Source of the DNA: Candidatus Thalassarchaeaceae archaeon
GTDB lineage: Archaea; Thermoplasmatota; Poseidoniia; Poseidoniales; Thalassarchaeaceae
DNA length: 64,000 nucleotides
Direction of reading: 5' to 3'
Assembly (NCBI GenBank): GCA_030749075.1
Contig: JASMKR010000004.1
Span: 15,232 to 79,231 of the forward strand
This document shows, piece after piece, positions 8,592 to 15,933 of the stretch (the first letter of the stretch is position 1; every line of letters begins with the position of its first letter). Both the position numbers and the translations under genes were made by a program. A model generated the notes under the pieces. That model was not told the origin of the DNA. It made no database searches and saw nothing but the letters and a program-made list of their open reading frames with translations.

Positions 8592-9566
8592 ATGGCGGAG
8601 CGGGGGCTCGGCAGGGGCTTGGGCTCCATGGCGGAACTCTCCGAAAACACTCCAGACCTATCTGGTTTCGTGACATCCGAGGACACTCACGCTTTGGGTG
8701 ACACGGGGTCGGCCAAGGCAGCCGTGGTGTGGATGCTCATTGGCAGTGCGGCCTTCGGCGCCATGAACGCCATGGTCAAGTGGACTGACGACTTCGATAT
8801 CGGGGTCCCGACCGTCATCATGGTACGCAGTGCGGTTATTGCCGGTCTGGCCTTCGCGTGGGCATCCGTTAACTCACGTACTCTGAGGATAGTGAGCCGA
8901 AGGAAGATGATGCTGCGCTGCACCACAGGGCTTGTCGCCATGTTCTGCTACTTCTACGCCTTGCAACGCATCCCCATCACGCAGGCCGTATCCCTGCAGT
9001 TCACCGCCCCCCTATTTGTCGCCCTGCTTTCGGGCAGGGTGCTCAAAGAGAGGGTCTCGCCGTGGGTAGTAGTCTGCGTGGCAATCGCCTTCGTCGGCGT
9101 CGCCCTGATCATCTCCCCTAGGTTAGGCGAGATCGAGCCCAACGCGTTATTCGCTCTGGCATCGGGTTTCCTCGCCGCCATGGCCTACATGTACGTCAGG
9201 GACCTCAGGTCGACCGACTCACCCACTGGGGTTGTGTTCTGGTTCGCAGCCTTCTCCACGGTGGTCAGCCTGCCACTTGCGATACGGGAGACCGTAACCC
9301 TGGGAGCAGAGGAGATGCTAATCCTGATTGGCGTGGGTTTGGGTGCGGGGCTGGGACAGGTTGGCATCACCATGGCCTACCAGCAGGCGAAGGCAGCCTG
9401 GATTGCTGCGTTCTCCTACACAACCGTACTGGTGGCCTCCTTCTTCGGCTGGTTATTCTTCGACGAGGTACTGCTGATCGACGATTACATCGGGGCACTG
9501 CTCATCATCGGGACCGGGGTCGCCCTGATTCTTATGACCCCACAGAACGCCAGAACCGAGCCCTAG
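8592..9566 (+). CDS. EamA/DMT-family 10-TM transporter carrying a ParB-like N-terminal peptide
   Basis: ATG lies 1 nt after the parA stop. N-terminus is MAERGLGRGLGSMAELSE (ParB/Spo0J N-terminal LGRGL motif). Ten hydrophobic helices follow in two EamA-like halves. No HTH or ParB-box domain. Confidence 0.8.
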   Translation: MAERGLGRGLGSMAELSENTPDLSGFVTSEDTHALGDTGSAKAAVVWMLIGSAAFGAMNAMVKWTDDFDIGVPTVIMVRSAVIAGLAFAWASVNSRTLRIVSRRKMMLRCTTGLVAMFCYFYALQRIPITQAVSLQFTAPLFVALLSGRVLKERVSPWVVVCVAIAFVGVALIISPRLGEIEPNALFALASGFLAAMAYMYVRDLRSTDSPTGVVFWFAAFSTVVSLPLAIRETVTLGAEEMLILIGVGLGAGLGQVGITMAYQQAKAAWIAAFSYTTVLVASFFGWLFFDEVLLIDDYIGALLIIGTGVALILMTPQNARTEP

Positions 9567-9598
9567 CCATCATTCAAATTTGTCGCATGCCATGCCCT

Positions 9599-10585
9599 TC
9601 AGGACACGCTGCCGAGCGACTGGATAGTGATCGAGCCGCCCATGCTGCCGTGGTTCTGGCAGTAGTAGTACAGCGTGTCGGGCGCATCAAGCGGGACCGT
9701 GAACGTCAGTAGCCCGTCCGAGCCCTGAGTACCTGTGCTGGTGACGCCGCTCGTGTACTGGGTCCCGCCGCCGTGAGTGCCGTCGCTCGTTGTGGAGAGG
9801 CGGAACGGGTGTGGCGAGTTACTGGAGTCCGACTGGTCGAAGGTGTAGGTGAAACCTCGGTAGAGGACGATGTCCCCTTGCTGAATCCCATCGACTAGAA
9901 ACTTCATGCTCGAGACTGTTATCGTCATTTCCATGACAGTGGGCATTGAGCCCTGTGGGCCCTCGGCCCCGTCGGCACCATCCGCCCCGTCGGCCCCGGC
10001 TGCCCCCTCGAGCCCTTGGGACCCAGTCACCCCAGCGACCCCCGGAGGTCCCGAGATGTTTCCGAGGTCGATCCACTCGGAGCCGCTCCACACATGGATG
10101 TGGCTGGTGGATTGGACGAGGAAGCCATCCCCCTTGTCCCCGACGTAGATCTCGCCTAGCTCTGAGGTGTCCTCGACAGATCCGACTATGGTGAACGAGG
10201 TGCCATCGGCCCCCGCTGGCCCTGGGGGCCCTTGCGCCCCCCCAGGTCCCGCTGCCCCATCGGCGCCTGCCGGCCCCTGAGTGCCGTCTGCACCGTCGGC
10301 GCCGGGGGGGCCTGCCGGACCGGTCAGGTCAATCGTCATCCACGCCATTCCCGAGCAGGCCTGAAAGCCCGAATGGGATGCGACGTAGTACAGACGACCG
10401 TCGGTCGTCGAGTCGCAATCCGGCAGGTCCGATGCGCTCTGGACCAGGAACACGCCCCAGTCCTCGAGTTCGTCGGGGGGGTCCGAATCCGAATCGCTCT
10501 CGGATCCAAGGCACCCGGACAGGGCGCAGGCGGTCATCAGCATTGCAAGTAGTAAAGTCAGGGGCATCTGACTAGATTTCTTCAT
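9599..10585 (-). CDS. lipoprotein with two collagen-like Gly-X-Y tracts and a C-terminal cupredoxin-like domain
   Basis: Signal and lipobox: MKKSSQMPLTLLLAMLMTACALSGC. Gly-X-Y runs: GPAGPPGADGADGTQGPAGADGAAGPGGAQGPPGPAGADG and GPPGVAGVTGSQGLEGAAGADGADGADGAEGPQG. The C-terminus has ...SPHPF...LYYYCQNHGSMGGSITI, a C-x2-H-x2-M spacing as in amicyanin-type blue copper sites. Confidence 0.75.
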   Translation of the reverse strand: MKKSSQMPLTLLLAMLMTACALSGCLGSESDSDSDPPDELEDWGVFLVQSASDLPDCDSTTDGRLYYVASHSGFQACSGMAWMTIDLTGPAGPPGADGADGTQGPAGADGAAGPGGAQGPPGPAGADGTSFTIVGSVEDTSELGEIYVGDKGDGFLVQSTSHIHVWSGSEWIDLGNISGPPGVAGVTGSQGLEGAAGADGADGADGAEGPQGSMPTVMEMTITVSSMKFLVDGIQQGDIVLYRGFTYTFDQSDSSNSPHPFRLSTTSDGTHGGGTQYTSGVTSTGTQGSDGLLTFTVPLDAPDTLYYYCQNHGSMGGSITIQSLGSVS

Positions 10586-10613
10586 GCCCTTCCATGCTCA
10601 TCACACTACTTAA

Positions 10614-11303
10614 TCACTCGTGGAACTCGAAGAACTCTGAAACCTCGTCAAGACCTTTGCGCTGGAGGTCGGGCACCTTTGCATCATCCGCAGGATAGCC
10701 CACCGGCATCAGCAGCATGGCGTGCTCATGTTCCCGGCGACCTAGGATATCGCGCAGGAAGCCCATGGGGGAGGGAGTGTGGGTGAGCGTGACTAGGCCC
10801 ATGTTGTGGATGGCGGCGATAAATAGACCAGCAGCGATGCCGCACGACTCCTGAGCGTAGTAGGTAGGTGCCATCTCGCCGTTGGACCTCTCGCGCTTTG
10901 AGTGCCTGAACAGAACTACTATCCAGGGCGCATCGGTGACGTGCTCCTTGACGTGATCGGTTCCCAGTGGCTCGAGGACCTCTGCCCAGGCCTCCGGGAC
11001 CCTCTCCTCGTAGAACCTCATCTCCTCGGCCTCTGCCGCCTCCCTGATGCTCTCCTTGAGCGTTGGGTCGGATATGGCGACGAAGGTCCACGGCTGCAGG
11101 TGCGCCCCCGATGGCGCGGTGCTGGCAGTCCGGATTGCCAGCTCGATCAGATCGCGTGGCACCTCGCGGGCCGAGAAGTGGCGGGTGGTGCGGCGCGCGT
11201 CCAGCAGATCGTGGAACGCAACTGCTCGCTCCCGCATCTCGTCCTCCAGCAGTTCATGGAAGACTAGGGAGACGAATCCTGGCTCGTTATCGCCTTCGCC
11301 CAT
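10614..11303 (-). CDS. nitroreductase-family flavoprotein
   Basis: RRTTRHFSAREVPRDLIELAIRTASTAPSGAHLQPWTFVAISDP is the typical nitroreductase N-terminal FMN-binding signature. Confidence 0.8.
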   Translation of the reverse strand: MGEGDNEPGFVSLVFHELLEDEMRERAVAFHDLLDARRTTRHFSAREVPRDLIELAIRTASTAPSGAHLQPWTFVAISDPTLKESIREAAEAEEMRFYEERVPEAWAEVLEPLGTDHVKEHVTDAPWIVVLFRHSKRERSNGEMAPTYYAQESCGIAAGLFIAAIHNMGLVTLTHTPSPMGFLRDILGRREHEHAMLLMPVGYPADDAKVPDLQRKGLDEVSEFFEFHE

Positions 11304-11311
11304 GAGATGGC

Positions 11312-11863
11312 TCAGTCACGTCGAGACATGAACGCTGCCATCGCCAGCGATGCAGCACCGAGGGTGGCACCGAATCCCGGCAGACCCCCCTCCTCCTCTT
11401 GGCACGGAGCATCGGAACCGCCCCACTGCCCACTGTCCGCATCATACCAGCAGGTCGACCAGACCTTCCAGCCGAAACCGGTCTCCGGCACGGATGAGTC
11501 GTTGCCCTCCGGCCAGTAGAGCTCAATGCGCCAGTTGACGTAGCTGGCCTCCTCGTCTACGGCGATGGAACCGGTCCAGAGCCTGCTGTCGGAGTCCGGA
11601 AAGAGCGCACTCGTCTCCGGCGGGTAGCAGACGCCCGAGTTGATGCAGACTTGGGTGGTCCAGCCCACTTCGGTGCCATTCGATGCGGCGGCGGCATCGA
11701 GCTCGACGGTGATAGCGAAGTCCTCGTTGGCAACAGCAGCATCGGCGGTCACCACCGAGACCAGCGAAGTGCCATCCAGGGCGGGCGACTCGTTGGTACC
11801 GCCCTCCGCCCAGACCGAGGTCATCGCGAGAACGAGGACCGAGAGAACCACTATGGCCCGCAT
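11312..11863 (-). CDS. secreted surface protein with a PGF-CTERM archaeal sorting signal
   Basis: N-terminal signal MRAIVVLSVLVLAMTSVWAEG. C-terminus EEEGGLPGFGATLGAASLAMAAFMSRRD, i.e. a PGF tripeptide, a TM helix and a basic tail. Confidence 0.7.
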   Translation of the reverse strand: MRAIVVLSVLVLAMTSVWAEGGTNESPALDGTSLVSVVTADAAVANEDFAITVELDAAAASNGTEVGWTTQVCINSGVCYPPETSALFPDSDSRLWTGSIAVDEEASYVNWRIELYWPEGNDSSVPETGFGWKVWSTCWYDADSGQWGGSDAPCQEEEGGLPGFGATLGAASLAMAAFMSRRD

Positions 11864-11913
11864 AATCGACCCTCAATGGCGACACTCATCAACTCTAGGG
11901 ATATCTGCGGGGC

Positions 11914-12414
11914 CTAGATCTCGAGCCCCCACAGGTCATCGCCCAACCAGTGAATAGTCCTGATGGCCTTTCCATTGGTCATGCTCATCATCTCCTCTCC
12001 GTCTACAAGCGATATCCCCGTCGCTATCGGTCTGCCCGTTTCCTGATGGCGGATCCACACGAAGTCGCCTTCCGCCAGCGACGGGTCCGCTATGTGAATC
12101 CCGGCACCCATGCAATCGGCGCCGTTCTCGAGGAAGGGTATGGCTCCGTCGTCCACAGCAACCCAAGAGCGCTCGACCTGCCAGGCCTCGATGCCACGAA
12201 GGGTCGGGTACCATGACCACTCGCCACCCACCTCGATCCTCATCGCTAGGGCCACTCGATCGATCAGTATCAGATCAGTGCCCTGGTAGTGGGCCTGCTC
12301 TAGGAAGCCAGAAAGATCGATCTCGCGTCCGACCCAGGAACCTAGGTCTCCGGCGACGTCGCGAATCTGCTTGAGCCTCACAGGGGTCCTTCGACGCAGG
12401 CGCTTGTCCACCAT
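11914..12414 (-). CDS. PUA-domain RNA-binding protein
   Basis: C-terminal ...AVDDGAIPFLENGADCMGAGI...GDFVWIRH.ETGRPIATGISLVDGEEM resembles PUA domains of archaeal pre-PUA/PUA proteins. Confidence 0.6.
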   Translation of the reverse strand: MVDKRLRRRTPVRLKQIRDVAGDLGSWVGREIDLSGFLEQAHYQGTDLILIDRVALAMRIEVGGEWSWYPTLRGIEAWQVERSWVAVDDGAIPFLENGADCMGAGIHIADPSLAEGDFVWIRHQETGRPIATGISLVDGEEMMSMTNGKAIRTIHWLGDDLWGLEI

Positions 12415-12438
12415 GTTGTACGGCAGTCAGGCCCTCGC

Positions 12439-13116
12439 ATGAACATGGCGACGTATCCGTTCGCCGAACAAGTTGAAGTCGCAGGCTCCCAGCGCGCGAC
12501 TATGCTGGCTGTCTGCCTCGATCTTGAGGGCATCCTAGTGCCCGAGATATGGATCAATGTAGCTGAGAGGACCGGAATCGAGGCATTGCGTCGCACAACC
12601 CGGGACGAGCCCGACTACGATAGGCTGATGCGCTATAGGTTGGAAATACTGGACGAGAACGGAATAACCATCGATGACATCACCTCGGCCATCGAGGCGA
12701 TGGAGCCTCTCGAGGGGGCAATCGGTTTCCTTGACTCCCTTGAGCGCAGGTGGCCGACCCTCGTGCTCTCCGACACGTTCTCTCAATTCGCCCGACCGAT
12801 GATGGGCAAGCTGGGAAACCCCACTCTGCTGTGCCACACCTTAGTAATCGAGGATTCTGGACGCATCTCCGACTGGACCATCAGGCTGCAGGACCAGAAG
12901 CGAAGGACTGTGGAGGCCTTGCGCTCGATGAACTACGAGGTCATCGCTGTCGGTGACTCCTACAACGACACGTCGATGCTGGCCTCGGCCAGCGCGGGGG
13001 TTCTGTTTAGGCCACCTGACAACGTGGTTGAGGAGTTCCCCCAGTACCCGGTCACCCGCGACTACGATGGGCTCACGGCCGCCATCGGCGAGGCCGCATC
13101 CACCTTGGGCGAGTGA
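12439..13116 (+). CDS. thrH: ThrH-like HAD phosphoserine phosphatase / phosphotransferase
   Basis: VCLDLEGILVPEIWINVAERTGIEALRRTTRDEPDYDRLMRYRLEIL ... AVGDSYNDTSML matches the Pseudomonas ThrH pattern as I recall it (DLEG nucleophile motif). Confidence 0.7.
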   Translation: MNMATYPFAEQVEVAGSQRATMLAVCLDLEGILVPEIWINVAERTGIEALRRTTRDEPDYDRLMRYRLEILDENGITIDDITSAIEAMEPLEGAIGFLDSLERRWPTLVLSDTFSQFARPMMGKLGNPTLLCHTLVIEDSGRISDWTIRLQDQKRRTVEALRSMNYEVIAVGDSYNDTSMLASASAGVLFRPPDNVVEEFPQYPVTRDYDGLTAAIGEAASTLGE

Positions 13117-13169
13117 TGGCCCACCCCGCTCCAATCGGTTGAAATAAGGGAGGTCGGTGGGCGGGACGC

Positions 13170-13565
13170 ATGGCGAAGTGGCACGGCATCTCGCGTCGCA
13201 AACCGTCCGGTGGACGCCTGAAGCGCCCCAATCGGTACAGGGGCAAGCGCAGGACCGAGGTGGCCAGCGAGAATCAGTTCGCCTACGTGGGCGACGAGGA
13301 CGCCCGGAAGAACTACCGAAAGAGGGCCGGCTCCCAGACCGTCCGCCTCCTCAGCGTCAACCAAGCCAATGTCAGCATCCCTAAGGAGGGCAGGACGGTG
13401 AGGGCCACGGTGACCAACGTGCTTGGCAACGATGCCGACCCGAACTACGTGCGGCGCAACATCGTCACCAAGGGCGCTATTGTCGAGACCGACCTCGGCC
13501 GCGTCCGGGTGACCAGCCGCCCGGGCATGCACGGGGTAGTCAGCGGCGTGCTGATGGAAGAGTGA
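13170..13565 (+). CDS. rps8e: 30S ribosomal protein S8e
   Basis: MAKWHGISRRKPSGGRLKRPNRYRGKRRTE... Preceded by GGAGGT about 15 nt upstream. Confidence 0.9.
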   Translation: MAKWHGISRRKPSGGRLKRPNRYRGKRRTEVASENQFAYVGDEDARKNYRKRAGSQTVRLLSVNQANVSIPKEGRTVRATVTNVLGNDADPNYVRRNIVTKGAIVETDLGRVRVTSRPGMHGVVSGVLMEE

Positions 13566-13614
13566 GCGGCGCGAAGCCCTCAAGTCACCCCGCTCCTGAG
13601 ACTACAGCGATAGC

Positions 13615-14058
13615 ATGGCAGCGAAGCGCGACGAGATGACCCTGTGGACGGGCTACTTCGACTCCCGGATCAGCCGCTCAGACGGACGCCGGGTGCCCAA
13701 GAGCGCGAGCATATCCAAGCCCACCTTGGAGGCCGTCGTGTGGGCTGCCCGTAGCGCGGGAATCCGCAAGATGAGACAGGAGCCGGAGACCAGCCACCCC
13801 TCCAGACCCTACGCCAAGGAGGGCAGGCTGGTCATGCCGCCCAGCCACGCGCTCGAGGTGACGGGCGCGAATAGCAAGGAGGGTGTAATGCAGGCAATCG
13901 GCAAGGTCCTTCGAAACCGATCCAAGGAGGCCAAGGAGCAGGGCAAGGTGTCAGGAAGCGCGCCTGCGAAGGGAGATCGCAGGAAGCGCGCCCAGCGCAA
14001 GTCGTTCAAGCAGAGGGGGTCTAGTAAGCGACGCTCCAAGTTTGGCAAGAAGCGTTGA
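13615..14058 (+). CDS. srp19: signal recognition particle protein SRP19 with a basic C-terminal tail
   Basis: LWTGYFDSRISRSDGRRVPKSASISKPTLEAVVWAARSAG matches the SRP19 core (WP.YFD...SR..GRRV.K). Confidence 0.8.
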   Translation: MAAKRDEMTLWTGYFDSRISRSDGRRVPKSASISKPTLEAVVWAARSAGIRKMRQEPETSHPSRPYAKEGRLVMPPSHALEVTGANSKEGVMQAIGKVLRNRSKEAKEQGKVSGSAPAKGDRRKRAQRKSFKQRGSSKRRSKFGKKR

Positions 14059-14182
14059 GATCAGGCACTGGGAGACACTCGCCCCAATCAGCAGTAAGCA
14101 GCGATCGAATGCAGGGGGACGTGTTGCTGCTGCGATGTTTACAAAGCCCAACCCAAATGAATATGCCCGGGAAAGGCCGATT

Positions 14183-14737
14183 CTACAGGGCACGTTCGAT
14201 TCGTAGCAGCATGTCCCTGATTTCCCTGAGGATTTCCGGGTTTAGGTAGGGTGATGAGACCCCCTTAGTCGGTCCGGATTGAGTGGCCATAATGTCCCTT
14301 TGTCTGAGCACGGTATCCCTGAACTCCAGCGCATCGATGACGGCGATCAGCTTCACGCTGCCCCCTTCCCCCACGCCACTGCCACCGGCGGTCTCGACAT
14401 TGAGGATCAGCATGCCGAACATCCTGAGTACCGGCCCCTCGTTGACCGTGATGTCGGTTATCTGATCGAGCGGTATGTTCTGCTGCACCCGCACCCAGAG
14501 CCCCCGTCGGGTGCTGAGCCCCCTCTCGGTGAGCACGCAACTGAGTTTCTTGTACCTAACAAACCAGTAGACATAGGAGCCGACCATCACTATCAGGACG
14601 ATTGACAGCAGCCCGTTGCCACCATCCAATGACATCACCCCGAGCAGCAGCACCCACCACGTCGAGGCTAGAGTCTGGTAGACCGGCAGCCGGGAATCGA
14701 ACCTAGCCTCCAAGATCAACCCTTCGCCCATCATCAC
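14183..14737 (-). CDS. membrane protein with a bacterial-type PH (YdbS/YdbT-like) domain
   Basis: Two TM helices, then KKLSCVLTERGLSTRRGLWVRVQQNIPLDQITDITVNEGPVLRMFGMLILNVETAG, a bPH_2-like pattern. Confidence 0.6.
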   Translation of the reverse strand: MMMGEGLILEARFDSRLPVYQTLASTWWVLLLGVMSLDGGNGLLSIVLIVMVGSYVYWFVRYKKLSCVLTERGLSTRRGLWVRVQQNIPLDQITDITVNEGPVLRMFGMLILNVETAGGSGVGEGGSVKLIAVIDALEFRDTVLRQRDIMATQSGPTKGVSSPYLNPEILREIRDMLLRIERAL

Positions 14738-14765
14738 GCGCTCGTAGGCACTAGCCGCTTCAAAA

Positions 14766-15866
14766 CTAATCGACTACGACGGTCCATCCGAACTCGTCGG
14801 GGACACGACGTTGCTGTATCGAAGCCAGCGCCTCGTAAATCTCCATAGTGATGGGACCGACCTCGCCCCCGCAGTACTCTACTACCCGCTCACCGTGTTC
14901 GATCGAGCCTATCGATGCGACTACAGCGGCCGTGCCTGCGCAAAAACACTCGTCGGCATCCAGCGCGCGGTCGACGTCGACCCTCTCCTCCCGGCACTCG
15001 TAGCCCCGCGAGGCTGCAATCTCGATGACCGAGGCCCGCGTCACGCCTGGCAGGATAGTTCCGGTCAGCTCCGGGGTCGAAATCACGCCATCCTTGACGC
15101 AGAAGAAGTTGGCAGCACCGACCTCCTCGACGTACTTGTGATGCACCGCGTCCAGATAGATGACCTCGGCATACCCCTCGCTCTTGGCCATCTTGGAAGG
15201 GATCATTCCGGGCGCGTAGTTGCCAATCGCCTTAACTCCCCCAGAACCTCCCGGCGCGGCCCTGTGGAACTCGTCGGAGACCTTGAGGGAGATTGGCTTG
15301 ATCCCGCCCCTGAAGTACGGTCCGACCGGCGAGACGTAGACAAGGAAGGTGTACTCGGGAGCGGGTGCGACGCCTAGGATGGACCCGCTGCCCATCAGCA
15401 GGGGGCGGACGTAGAGGGCTCCCTTGCCCATTGGGGGCACCCATCGAGCGTTCTCGCGCACGGTCGCGTGCACCGCATCGAGGAATATCCGCTCAGGCAC
15501 GGGTGGCATCCCGAGCCTGCGCGCTCCCTCCTGCATTCTGGCCGCGTTCCTCTCTGGTCGAAACAGCACTATGCTGCCGTCGGCGGCGTGCTGGGCCTTC
15601 ATGCCCTCGAACAGGCCCTGACCGTAATTCAGGACGCCAGCTGCCGGCGACATGCTGAGGTCGGCGAAGTCCTGCATCTGGCCCGGCTGCCACTCATTGT
15701 TCTGCCCACAGGTAGCTAAGTACATCCGATCGGTCTTCTTGAAACTGAAGGTCAGAGCGTCCCAGTCAATCGATGGCTCGGCGTCCTCAAGCAACCCATG
15801 CACCTCGGTTGCGTTGCAGGGATGGGACTTGGCTTTCAACGGTTGCCCCGCCTCCCTTCCCGGCAT
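14766..15866 (-). CDS. ilvE: branched-chain amino acid aminotransferase (long, fold-type IV)
   Basis: VLNYGQGLFEGMKA...LFRPERNAARM...LYVRPLLMGSG..LGV...GGVKAIGNYA...EVGAANFF...TGTILPGVTR are colinear with eukaryote/Gram-positive type BCATs. Confidence 0.9.
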   Translation of the reverse strand: MPGREAGQPLKAKSHPCNATEVHGLLEDAEPSIDWDALTFSFKKTDRMYLATCGQNNEWQPGQMQDFADLSMSPAAGVLNYGQGLFEGMKAQHAADGSIVLFRPERNAARMQEGARRLGMPPVPERIFLDAVHATVRENARWVPPMGKGALYVRPLLMGSGSILGVAPAPEYTFLVYVSPVGPYFRGGIKPISLKVSDEFHRAAPGGSGGVKAIGNYAPGMIPSKMAKSEGYAEVIYLDAVHHKYVEEVGAANFFCVKDGVISTPELTGTILPGVTRASVIEIAASRGYECREERVDVDRALDADECFCAGTAAVVASIGSIEHGERVVEYCGGEVGPITMEIYEALASIQQRRVPDEFGWTVVVD

Positions 15867-15933
15867 TGTTATGGCCCCTCACGATGACATACGTTGAAGG
15901 CAATCGGCTACAGTCTGCCAGTGAGGCGTCATC

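Noticed and set aside
9900-10320. GC-rich short tandem periodicity, considered as a possible repeat array or CRISPR-like structure.
   Set aside because: The periodicity is 9-nt/3-nt codon repetition encoding Gly-X-Y collagen tracts. There is no spacer-repeat architecture.
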